From an uncultured Nitrospinota bacterium (GTDB lineage: Bacteria > Tectomicrobia > Entotheonellia > J063 > CAVPRW01): a stretch of 64,000 nucleotides of DNA. The notes beneath the pieces were generated by a model. The model did not search any database. It was not told the origin of the DNA and worked only from the letters and a program-made list of their open reading frames with translations. Shown piece by piece: positions 54,324 to 64,000 of this stretch; position 1 is the first letter of the stretch, and every line of letters begins with the position of its first letter. Where the stretch lies: positions 96,001 to 160,000 of the forward strand of contig CAVPRW010000023.1 in the NCBI GenBank assembly GCA_963707985.1. The letters run 5' to 3'. Position numbers and translations under genes: made by a program.

Positions 54324-56490
54324 ATGAGGACGACACGAGGATTATACAAAGGCATGGTAGCGGTTGGCTGCGCCGTGCTGCTGATCGCCTCGTCGGCCCG
54401 ACTGGGCGCCCAGCAGAGCACCGACCCGGCGATCCGTATCGGCAACACTGATCTCGGCGGCATGGTCACTGGCCCGCATGGGCCGGAAGCCGGCGTCTGG
54501 GTGATAGCAGAAACGACCGACCTTCCCACGAAATTCGCCAAGATCGTGGTCACCGACGATCGTGGACGTTATGTCATGCCCGATTTGCCGAGCGCGAATT
54601 ACCGCGTGTGGGTGCGCGGTTACGGCCTCGTCGATTCGCCCAAGGTCCAGACCATGCCGGGGAAGCTCCTCAACCTGCAGGCGGTAGCGGCGACGAATGC
54701 GGCCGCCGCGGCGGAATTACTACCCGGCGATCTATTGGTACTCGATGCTCAAGATCCCGGCCAAGAGCGAGTTCCCCGGCACGGGGCCTGACGGTAACGG
54801 CATGGCAGCGGACATGAAGAGCCAGGCCGATTGGCTGGCCAGCGTCAAGAGCCTCGGCTGCATGTCGTGTCACGCGCTGGGCACGATTGGGACGCGCACG
54901 ATTCCGAAGGAACTGGGTGAATTCAAGAGCTCCACCGAGGCATGGCAGCGACGCATCCAGTCCGGACAAGCGATGGCCCAAATGAATAATGTCGTCGGCC
55001 GACTCGGGCCGCAGCGCTCCCTCACGTTATGGGCCGATTGGACCGATCGCATCGCTGCCGGTGAGTTGCCGTTCGCTATGCCGGAGCGGCCGCAAGGGAT
55101 CGAGCGCAACATCGTCCTCACACTGTGGGACTGGAGTCGCCCCACGGCCTACTTACACGATTTGATCGGGACCGATCGGCGCAATCCCACGCTCTACCCG
55201 AATGGCAAGTTCTACGGGTCGTCGGAGGAGAGCACGGATTATGTGCCGATCCTCGATCCGGTGATGCATACGGCGGCCGAGGTCAAACATCCGGTCCGCG
55301 ACCCGCAGACACCGTCCTCAAGGAGTGCCCCGATGATGCCCTCTCCATACTGGGGGGCGGACCCCATCTGGGATAGCCAGACCAGCAATCACAACCCGAT
55401 GATGGACGAAAAGGGACGGGTCTGGTTCACTGTGCGAGTGCGCCCACCGGCCAATCCTGATTTCTGCAAAAAGGGGTCGGACCATCCATCGGCAAAGGTA
55501 TTCCCGATCGAGCAGGCGAACCGGCATCTCTCCATGTACGATCCGGCCACGGGCAAGTTTACGCTCATTAGCACCTGCTTCCCCACCCATCACCTGATCT
55601 TTGCCGAGGACCCCAACAACACGCTGTGGACCAGCGCCGGCGGACCCAACAGCGGCGTGGTCGGCTGGCTGAACCGCAAGATGTATGAGGAGACCGGCGA
55701 CGAGGTGAGGTCACAAGGTTGGACACCGTTCATCCTCGATACCAATGGTAACGGCAAAAGGGACGAGTATGTCGAGCCCGATCAACCAGTCGATCCCAAC
55801 AAGGATAAACGGGTCGTGGCGGGCTTGTACAGCGTGAATGTGAACCCGGTCGATGGCTCGGTCTGGGGCACGTCGCTGGGAGTCCCCGGTTACGTCGTGC
55901 GCGTCGCCCCAGGAGCAGACCCGGCACACACCGCCATCACCGAAATCTATGAGCCGGCGTTTCCAGGCTACGGGCCGCGCGGCGGCGACATCGATCGCAA
56001 CGGCGTCTATTGGGCGTCGCTGGCCAGCGGCCATCTGGCGAGCTTCGACCGGACGAAGTGCAAAGGGCCACTCAACGGACCGAGTGCGACCGGTAAGCAC
56101 TGCCCCGAAGGCTGGACCTACTATCGGTTGCCCGGACCGCAGTTCAGGGACGTGCCGGACGACGGCAGCGCCGAGGCGAGCTATTACACCTGGGTGGATT
56201 GGTTCGATACGTCTGGGCTTGGGAAAAACGTGCCGATCGCCACGGGCAACATGAACGACGCCCTGCTCGCCCTGGTGAATGGGCAGTTCGTCACGCTGCG
56301 CGTGCCCTATCCGATTGGCTTTTTCACCAAATGGATGGAAGGGCGTATCGACGATGCAAATGCCGGCTGGAAGGGCAGAGCGCTGTGGACGACCTACTCC
56401 ACCAGAACCGTGTTCCACCTCGAAGGCGGCAAGGAGAACCGTCCCAAAGTCGTGAAGTTCCAGCTACGCCCCGATCCGCTGGCGCAGTGA
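54324..56490 (+). CDS. Exported protein with carboxypeptidase-regulatory-like domain, one CxxCH heme site and a beta-propeller region; frameshift near 54717
   Basis: Signal peptide, GVWVIAETTDLPT, WVRGYGLVDS, CMSCH and DEKGRVW motifs. Confidence 0.75.
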
Positions 56491-56634
56491 ACGGGAGCAC
56501 CAAGGGGAATACCGGGGCTCCAAGCGCTGCAGCCATCTGGGGGATTGTTGCCTCTTGTCGGCTATGGCCACATCGGCTAAGATCCCCCTTCCTAAAACTC
56601 TAAGCACCCTTTCGATAGATGAAGGAGGAGAACT

Positions 56635-57736
56635 GTGAAAATCACCGACGTGAGCGTCACGATGTTTAACTGGAAAAGCGCACCCTGGCGGACAGGGACA
56701 GGGGGTTTTGGCGGCCCCAGACTCCTGGGAGTGGTCACCGTGCACACCGACGAAGGGGTCGAGGGCCATGCCTTCCTCGGCTCCTCCAGGCAGGGTGCCG
56801 ATGCCTACGCCGGGCCGCTGCTAGAGTTCGTCAAACCGGCTATCGTCGGCGCCAATCCCCTCGATATCGGCGCCATCTGGCAGCGGATGTGGAAGATGAA
56901 TCGCTCCGTCTCGACCAACGCCATCGGCGCCGTGGATGTGGCTCTGTGGGATATCGCCGGTAAAGTGGCCGGTCTGCCCATTCACCGCCTCTTGGGCACC
57001 TGTCGCGATCGGGTGCCTGCCTACGCCAGCTCAGCGTATCTCCCAACCCCTGAAGCCTACGGTGAAGAAGCGCAACGCTTTCAATCCATGGGATGGACCG
57101 CCTACAAGATCCACCCACACGCGATCCCCCGTGATGACATCAAGATTTGCCAGGCGGTGCGCAAGGCCGTCGGCGACGACATGATCCTGATGCTGGACTC
57201 CATGTGGTCGTATGGCTATGCAGACGCTGTGCGGGTGGGCCGCGCCATCGAAGCCCTCGAATTATTTTTGGTATGAAGACCCGCTCGTGGAAGAAGACCT
57301 GTACAATTACATCAAGCTCCGACAGAAGCTGGACATCCCCATCATGTCTACCGAATATGCGCCCGGCCGATTCTACGGCATGGCCCAATGGGTGCAACAG
57401 ATGGCGACCGATATTTTGCGGGGCGATGTGGCGGTGACCGGCGGTATCAGCCCATTGATCAAAATCGCCCATCTCGCCGAGGCCTTCTGCCTGAAGTGCG
57501 AAATCCACCATGGCGGCAACTCGCTGAATAACGTCGCCAACCTGCACGTCATCATGGCCATCACCAACTGCGATTACTACGAGGTGTTTCCAGCCAGTGG
57601 CGCCAACAAATTTGGCCTGGTCAAGGATGTCGAAGTGGACGACCAGGGTCTGATCTACGCTCCGGAGAAACCGGGATTGGGGTATGAGATCGATTGGGAG
57701 TTGATCAGGCGCGAAACGGTGCAAGTCGTCAAGTAG
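56635..57736 (+). CDS. Mandelate racemase / muconate lactonizing enzyme family protein; frameshift in the T-run near 57265
   Basis: AVDVALWDIAGK, YKIH, LMLD, WYEDP and PGLGYEID motifs. Confidence 0.9.
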
Positions 57737-57755
57737 GGCATTGGTGAAAGGAGTG

Positions 57756-58820
57756 ATGATGGACATTGGTATTGGCTTGGATGCGACTCTAAACCTTTCC
57801 TTTGCCGACCAGGCAAACCTCGTCCAGGAAGCTGCCCGGTTAGGCTACACCAACATCTGGACACCAGAGGGTACAGGGCAGGACTCCTTCCAGCTCTGCA
57901 GCCACCGCTGGGCCGCGAGCCGTCAGGTGACGGCGGAGGGATTGACCACGGGCATTGGAGTGTCGCCCGTGTTGTATCGGACTCCCGTCGCCTTTGCCAT
58001 GAGTGGAGGCACCGTCAGCCAGCTGACGGGGGGTCGCTTCATCATGGGGATTGGTGCCGGAGGCGCCTACCGGCCTGGCACGCGCCAGTCCCTTGGGCTG
58101 TCACGATTTTCGACGCTGGCCCTGATGCGGGACTATCTTGTGACCGTGCGCGCGCTGGTCGCAGGCGAAGAAGTCACCTATCAGGGTGAAGTGGTGACCC
58201 TACGTGGGGTCAAATTGGCCATCACGCCTCCGCCCCGCACGCCGGTCTACTTGGGGGCTCTGGGGCCGGAGATGCTGCGCCTGGGTGGTGAGCTGGCTGA
58301 TGGCATCTGCCTGAACTGGTGTTCTCCGGAGCAGATTGCCTGGAGCCGAGAACGCATCGCCGAAGGCGCGGCGCGGGTCGGCCGTGACCCCAGCGGCGTG
58401 CAAGTGGCAGAGTATATCCGGGTCTGTGTCGACCAGGACATCGATGTGGCGCGGCGCGCCTTTGCCCGCTCGACCATGGGCTATGCCCTGGGCCAGCGAG
58501 TCCCGACGGAACGTGAGCGGCGGCAGAGCTATCGCGCCCATTTTGAGCGCATGGGCTTCACCGAGGCACTGGCCGAGCTGGATCGGATGCGGCAGCGGGG
58601 CGCATCGGCTGACGAGGTTGCCGATGCCTTCCCTCCAGAGCTCCTCAAGCGCGTGGGCTACTACGGCACACCGGAAGAGGCGGCTGGAGCGTTTCGACGC
58701 CTGGCAGAGGGGCTGGATATGGCCATCGTCAGGGTGGTTGCCGCCCGACCAGGCGTTGCGTCAGTGCAGGCCGTGCTGCAAGCCTGCCGGCCCGAGTTGG
58801 TCCGCCGCAGTAGTGATTAA
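57756..58820 (+). CDS. LLM-class flavin-dependent oxidoreductase
   Basis: GYTNIWTPE, GGRFIMGIGAG and VYLGALGPEMLRLGGELADG motifs. Confidence 0.88.
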   Translation: MMDIGIGLDATLNLSFADQANLVQEAARLGYTNIWTPEGTGQDSFQLCSHRWAASRQVTAEGLTTGIGVSPVLYRTPVAFAMSGGTVSQLTGGRFIMGIGAGGAYRPGTRQSLGLSRFSTLALMRDYLVTVRALVAGEEVTYQGEVVTLRGVKLAITPPPRTPVYLGALGPEMLRLGGELADGICLNWCSPEQIAWSRERIAEGAARVGRDPSGVQVAEYIRVCVDQDIDVARRAFARSTMGYALGQRVPTERERRQSYRAHFERMGFTEALAELDRMRQRGASADEVADAFPPELLKRVGYYGTPEEAAGAFRRLAEGLDMAIVRVVAARPGVASVQAVLQACRPELVRRSSD

Positions 58821-58867
58821 AGAACCGCGCCCTGTCAAAGCCAGATTCGGCCTCAGGGCGCCTCAGC

Positions 58868-59512
58868 TCAGTCTTGTGCCCAGCCGCGGAGGCGCTGGTG
58901 CACGATGGCCACCCAGCCCATATAGTCCTCCGTGACTTGCATGTCGGCCGCCTGGCTGATGTAATGGCGGGCGTGTTGCGGATCGTGCTCCGCCTCGAAA
59001 TAGAGTCCCACGTAGAGAGCGCTGTAAAAGCGCTGACGTCGTCCGGCGTCGCCGTATTGAGTGATCACGGCCTCGGGCTGGCAGGTTCCGGCAAACAGTT
59101 GATACACCCAGCTCATCACTGGACGGGAATCGTCCCGCACCGGTAACAGGGCCAGACGTGCAGCGTCTGCGCCTTGTGCCTGTGCCTGACAGAGATAGCG
59201 CCAGACCGTTTCCTCAACATCGTGCCCGTTGACTGTCAGGTCCGTCTCAAACTGTTGGGCACCGTCCTCAAAGCGCTCGGCATAGTAATACGCAATGCCG
59301 CGCTGCCACAGATACGGGGTCAAGGCAGGGTTCAAGCGTTCGGCTCGATCGAAGTCGTCGATCGATGCGGCAATGTTCCCCAACTGAAACAACGCCATGC
59401 CCCGTTTGATGTAGAGTTGGGTGTTCTGTGAGTCAGCTTCGAGGGCTGTCGTGAGGCGCTGAATTTCGTTGGTCACAGGTGAGACATCAAGCCGCTTGAT
59501 CTTTTCGGTCAT
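58868..59512 (-). CDS. TPR protein (NlpI-like)
   Basis: RGMALFQLG...DFDRA, LWQRGIAYYY and FYSALYVGLY motifs. Confidence 0.8.
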   Translation of the reverse strand: MTEKIKRLDVSPVTNEIQRLTTALEADSQNTQLYIKRGMALFQLGNIAASIDDFDRAERLNPALTPYLWQRGIAYYYAERFEDGAQQFETDLTVNGHDVEETVWRYLCQAQAQGADAARLALLPVRDDSRPVMSWVYQLFAGTCQPEAVITQYGDAGRRQRFYSALYVGLYFEAEHDPQHARHYISQAADMQVTEDYMGWVAIVHQRLRGWAQD

Positions 59513-59777
59513 CGCATGACCCCTTGCCTAGATTTTCAAGCCCACGTCACGGCAGACCAGTAGCACACTACTGCTGCCCATGGTCGGTGTCAATCCGATT
59601 TTACCCAGCTGGACACCCATTGGCGCCTCTCCCACTCCATGATTGACCTGCTGCAGTATTTCCTCTATCCTCTCGCCATACGTCTAAAGGCCATCCAGAC
59701 GAGCAGCGTTTCTTCAGCCCGTTATCGGTGTTGATGGGTACGATTGTGGCATAGATATGGGAAACAGGAGGCAAACC

Positions 59778-61448
59778 ATGAAAGTTAAAGCGGCACAAGG
59801 TCTGGCCCGGATACTCAAAGCTGAAGGCGTCCCCTGGGTCGCCTGCTACCCGACGAATCATGTGAACAATGCGCTTGGGGCGGAGGAGGTGCCGATCCTG
59901 ATGATGCGTGAAGAGCGCTATGCGGTCGCTGTGGCCGATGCCTTCTCGCGTGTCACAGGGGGCAAGCAGATTGGCGTCTGTACCCTCATGGGCGGGCTGA
60001 ACGCCGCCGGCATCCAGATGGCGTACGGTGCTGTGGCCCAGGCCTTTGAGGACTCCTCGCCGATCCTGGTCATTACCGCCGGGGTGGGTCAGGGAGGTAG
60101 CAATCATACCCACTATGATATCCCACACGCGTTCCAATCCGTGACCAAATGGGTCGGTAGTGTGGACAAAGCCGAATTGATCCCCGATTTCGCACGGCGA
60201 GCCTTCACCCAGTTGCGCTCGGGTCGTCCAGGCCCAGTGCTGCTCGTCGTCCCCCCAAACCTTGGCGAGTATGACGAAGACGAATACCCCTATACGCCGG
60301 TGAAAGGCTGGAAATCAGCCCCCGATCCGGACGACGTGAAGGCAGCTGTCAAGGCGTTATTACAGGCTGAGAACCCTCTGCTCCACGTGGGTGAGGGGGT
60401 CTTCTACGGCCAGGCAACCGACGAGCTGCTGCAGTTCGCCGAACTGGCTCAAGTGCCCGTGCTGACCACCCTGAAGGCCAAGAGCGCTTTCCCGGAGAAC
60501 CACCCTCTCGCCGTGGGCGTCCGTGGTTCGTTGGCCGAACATTTTCTGAACAAGTGCGACCTGCTGTTCTCCATCGGTTCCAGCCTTTTCCCCAATCGGT
60601 TCAGCCATGCTGTCCCTGACGCCAAGCACAAGACCATCGTGCAGTGCACGGTTGATACGCTGGACATCAACCGCAGCTACGAGACCAAATATGCCGTGAT
60701 CGGCGATGCCAAATTCACCCTGCAGGCGCTGATCCAGGAGTTCTCGGCGCAGACGGGCGGGGGTGTACGCAAGAATCAGGTGCTGCTCGATGAGATCAAG
60801 GCGGGTAAGGAGGAGTTTCTGGCCAAATATCGCCCGCTCCTGGAGTCCCATGAGAAGCCGATGAACCCCTACCGGGTCTATGGTGACTTGATGAAGATCC
60901 TCGACCCCAAGAGCTCATTCGTGACCGGCGACTCCGGCAACACCCGCGACCAGATCAGCACGGTCTACGAAGCCCAGATTCCGCATGGCTTCCTGGGCTG
61001 GGGTAACGTCTCGACGCTGGGCTTCAGCCTGGCGGCAGCGGTGGGGGCGAAATTGGCCTATCCGGATCGACAGTGCATCAATATCACCGGTGATGCGGGC
61101 GTGTCCTATATGATGGGCAATTTCGAGGCTCTCACCCGCTATGGCATTGGTGTCACCACCATTCATATCAACAACGGTGGCTTCGCCGGATATGGTCCAG
61201 GATTCTGGGGCGGTGGACATGACCCCTATACCCATGCGGTCTCCGATCACGAAAAGGCCTGCATGGCCACCATGGCCAGAGCGCAGGGCTTTCATGCCGA
61301 GGATGTGACGGAGCCGTCGGAGATCATTCCCGCGTTGCGGCGCGCGTTTGAAGCCAATGCCAAGAGCCAGCCGGCCTATCTGGAGTTTATCTGCTCACAG
61401 CATCCGGTCTATGCAGGCTGGGTCCGAGACGCTGGAGTCGGCCACTAG
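59778..61448 (+). CDS. Thiamine pyrophosphate-dependent enzyme (acetolactate synthase-like)
   Basis: REERYAVAVAD, SGRPGPV and TGDAG...NN TPP motif. Confidence 0.9.
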   Translation: MKVKAAQGLARILKAEGVPWVACYPTNHVNNALGAEEVPILMMREERYAVAVADAFSRVTGGKQIGVCTLMGGLNAAGIQMAYGAVAQAFEDSSPILVITAGVGQGGSNHTHYDIPHAFQSVTKWVGSVDKAELIPDFARRAFTQLRSGRPGPVLLVVPPNLGEYDEDEYPYTPVKGWKSAPDPDDVKAAVKALLQAENPLLHVGEGVFYGQATDELLQFAELAQVPVLTTLKAKSAFPENHPLAVGVRGSLAEHFLNKCDLLFSIGSSLFPNRFSHAVPDAKHKTIVQCTVDTLDINRSYETKYAVIGDAKFTLQALIQEFSAQTGGGVRKNQVLLDEIKAGKEEFLAKYRPLLESHEKPMNPYRVYGDLMKILDPKSSFVTGDSGNTRDQISTVYEAQIPHGFLGWGNVSTLGFSLAAAVGAKLAYPDRQCINITGDAGVSYMMGNFEALTRYGIGVTTIHINNGGFAGYGPGFWGGGHDPYTHAVSDHEKACMATMARAQGFHAEDVTEPSEIIPALRRAFEANAKSQPAYLEFICSQHPVYAGWVRDAGVGH

Positions 61449-61551
61449 ACGCCTGGCCAGCGAGGCCGTCCGGTGCCAGCCATGCGGACGGCCTCCTCTC
61501 GGCCGGCGCATAGCGTTCCCTAGCCAGAGCAGCCAACGCAGGAGGTGTGCC

Positions 61552-62724
61552 ATGCGAAACGGCTACCGCGTCTATGACAGCGATACACATATCGGGCCAT
61601 CGGCCGACACCCTCGACAAGTACCTCTCGTCCCGCGTGCGCGAGCTGGTGCCCGACCTGGAGCGCCGTAAAGTGCCCCAAAAGCGGCACTCGACAGGCCT
61701 GGAGTACGATCCACCATACCCGACGCGCTTTCGCCTCAGCCGCGGCGGGGCCGTCGGCGGTTGGGGAGCCGATGTGCCACGCGTGCTCGGCGAGGCAGCG
61801 CCACGTGCCACGGCAGGCGGTGCCTCCGGCCGGTTCATGGGCACGAAGTATCCGCAATTGCATACCGATGACTGGGATGCCGACGGACGCCTCAGCGATA
61901 TGGATGTGGAGGGCGTCGACGTCCAGCTCCTGGTCAATCCCGGCGGACCCAGCGGACATGAGCACCCTGACGTCAACATCGAGTTCATGCGGGCGCAACA
62001 TCGCTATCTGGACGACTTCTGCGGCCATAACCCGCACCGCCTCAAGTCGATGATCGGCGTCAGCGCCAACTACATCGAGGCGTCGGTGGCGGAGATCAGA
62101 CGGTGGAGCCGCGCGCCCTGGGCCGTCGGTGTCTACATCAACTTGCCGATCGACTACCCGCTGGACCATCCCGACCTGCATCCGATCTGGCAAGCTATCG
62201 ACGAGGCCGGGCTGTGTTTCATCCACCACAGCTTCTCACAGGGCTACCCAGGCTACCGTGACCTGTGGAACAACCCTTTCCTCGGCCGCACCGCCTCTCA
62301 TCCCTGGGGCGCCATGCGCGCCATGGGGGCCTTCTTTGGGGCAGGGCTCTTCGATCGCTATGCAAATCTGCGCTTTGCTGTGCTGGAATCAGGCTTTGGC
62401 TGGATCCCGTTCTGGGTTGCCCGCATGGAAGATCAGGCACACTACATGGGTTTCGTGGCCGAGGGCCTGCAGCACACTATGCTGGAATACACCACCAGCG
62501 GCCGTTTCTTCGCCTCGATCGTGCTGCATGAAGGTGGCCAGATGGTGAAGCTGGTATCGGACTACCTCGGCGATCAGCTGCTGATGTTCAGCACGGACTA
62601 CCCGCACCCCGAGACCCGCTTTCCTGAGTCTGTCGATCTGACGTTGAGCTGGAAGGAGCTGAGTCCTGACCTCATGCGCAAGATTCTCTGGGACAACGCC
62701 GTGAAGGCTTTCGGGGCGCCCTGA
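61552..62724 (+). CDS. Amidohydrolase_2 family protein
   Basis: DSDTH, LESGFGW, FSTDYPH and KILWDNA motifs. Confidence 0.9.
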   Translation: MRNGYRVYDSDTHIGPSADTLDKYLSSRVRELVPDLERRKVPQKRHSTGLEYDPPYPTRFRLSRGGAVGGWGADVPRVLGEAAPRATAGGASGRFMGTKYPQLHTDDWDADGRLSDMDVEGVDVQLLVNPGGPSGHEHPDVNIEFMRAQHRYLDDFCGHNPHRLKSMIGVSANYIEASVAEIRRWSRAPWAVGVYINLPIDYPLDHPDLHPIWQAIDEAGLCFIHHSFSQGYPGYRDLWNNPFLGRTASHPWGAMRAMGAFFGAGLFDRYANLRFAVLESGFGWIPFWVARMEDQAHYMGFVAEGLQHTMLEYTTSGRFFASIVLHEGGQMVKLVSDYLGDQLLMFSTDYPHPETRFPESVDLTLSWKELSPDLMRKILWDNAVKAFGAP

Positions 62725-62942
62725 GCCAGCACGAGTGCATGGCACGGAGCCCTATAGGCCCTGCCACACATAGGGGGTAACCTGGGAGGAGAGGATCAGC
62801 TACGGGGAGGTAAGCTAGCATCTCCTGGGTCCAACTGGGAGTTGGACCCAGGAGTATTACACCACAGAGTCGAGTGAACACCCCTTATCCCAACGCCTAT
62901 GTGGCTTGGGGACGAAGGGATGATCACGCCTACCTCCCTGCC

Positions 62943-63713
62943 TCAGCCACGCGGTACGCTGTCTCGCAAAGCCTTCTCAACACCCGGCAGGGCCGCGTTT
63001 AGCGCCCCTTCATTCAGGGTATCTGCTAGGCGGCTATATCCGGCGATGCGCACCAGGGAGGCGAAGTTCCCCTCCAGATACTCGATCGTCCAGGCGATCG
63101 AGTCCGTTACCCGCGCTTTGTTCAGGAAGATGCGATTGTTCTTACCCTGGGGGTCGTAGTGGAAGTGTGGCTCTTCGTCGAAGCAATCGAAGCGCAGGAG
63201 CTGCACCTCCTTGCCGTCCACGTCGCCGAGGACTCGCAGCGATGGCCCACGATCGTGCGCCGTAGTGCGGTAATCTACCGCGAAGCGCAGTCCACTTGCC
63301 TCCAGTCCCGCCATCTCCGTCGGGATGCTGTCGCGGAGTGCCTTTTCCACCGTCGGCAGAGCCGCGCACAGGACCCCTTCATCCAATTGATCGGCCAGTG
63401 CACCATACCCGGCAACACGCACCAGCGACGCGATGTTGCCGCGCATATAGTCCATAGACCAACTGATCGGATCCGACACCTTCGTCTTGTCCATCACAAG
63501 TTGGTTATTCTTGCCATCGGGATCATAGTGGAAATGTGGCGTTTGGTCGAAGCAGTCGAAGCGCAAGAGCTGCACCGGCTTGTCGTCGACATCGCCATAG
63601 ATCCGCAGTGACGGGCCGCGATCGTTGGCCGTCTTGCTATACCGCACGTTGAAGCGAAGCCCACCGACCCCAATCGACATCCCTTGTTGCGGTTGTGCAG
63701 TTGCAGTTGCCAT
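62943..63713 (-). CDS. Hypothetical protein made of two tandem copies of a ~117-aa domain
   Basis: GLRF...DRGPSLR...QLLRFDCFD..PHFHYDP.GKNN occurs twice; GAGGAGGG RBS. Confidence 0.8.
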   Translation of the reverse strand: MATATAQPQQGMSIGVGGLRFNVRYSKTANDRGPSLRIYGDVDDKPVQLLRFDCFDQTPHFHYDPDGKNNQLVMDKTKVSDPISWSMDYMRGNIASLVRVAGYGALADQLDEGVLCAALPTVEKALRDSIPTEMAGLEASGLRFAVDYRTTAHDRGPSLRVLGDVDGKEVQLLRFDCFDEEPHFHYDPQGKNNRIFLNKARVTDSIAWTIEYLEGNFASLVRIAGYSRLADTLNEGALNAALPGVEKALRDSVPRG

Positions 63714-64000
63714 TGGTGTGTCCCTCCTCGCGCGTGGATACCCCCATAACCTCTCTACCAATCCGCCAGATAAAGCGACATTAGTCTATCTGTGAGCTGG
63801 CGTCAACCGATCTTTTTCAGGAGCTGTATTGACGGGTGGTGTAAGCGTCATTACAGGCGACTGGACCACGATAAAGCTGAGCGGCTCGTTGCCACGGTAA
63901 TCAGTTGGAATTCATCATTAGAAAATGGCATGATGGCCTCCGGCGGCGAGGCATATTCTAGGCCTGTGTTTTCGACGCGGAAGTTGCGGAGGTTAAGGAG

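Noticed and set aside
62755..62910. Possible MITE with GCCAC(AC)ATAGG and CCTATGTGGC ends
   Set aside because: The inverted match is short and gapped, with no target duplication.

Overview
64 kb of GC-rich bacterial chromosome. The LLM, amidohydrolase, TPP and hydantoinase paralogues and the IS types suggest a Tectomicrobia/Entotheonella-like organism; this is inference only. Three zones are visible. (1) 0-17.4 kb: stress, redox and sugar genes (clcA, ECF sigma/anti-sigma, NDH-2, GMC oxidoreductase, GH63 glucosidase, glucose dehydrogenase, aquaporin, HAD). This zone ends in two genes the ORF track splits at in-frame UGA codons; both are UxxC selenoprotein candidates with SECIS-like hairpins. 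(2) About 17.7-44.4 kb: a decaying mobile/defence region around a hydA pair. It holds Tn3, IS1634, IS701-like, IS4-like and IS3 remnants, a MITE, an IetAS remnant, and an Mrr-NACHT-type gene split by a 6.66 kb composite insertion with a perfect 10-bp target duplication. It also holds an EVE-nuclease pseudogene, two TA-like pairs, attC-like sites, a PLD-hypothetical-SNF2 operon and a SmaI-like nuclease remnant facing an atypical DPPH methyltransferase. (3) 44.7-64 kb: mostly intact catabolic genes plus a copper operon (outer-membrane protein, CopC, CopD) preceded by a hidden RAPP-motif leader peptide. Many single-base frameshifts may be sequencing errors; the large in-frame deletions and nested insertions look genuine. 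No rRNA, tRNA or CRISPR array was recognised. All family assignments are from motif recognition, not database searches.
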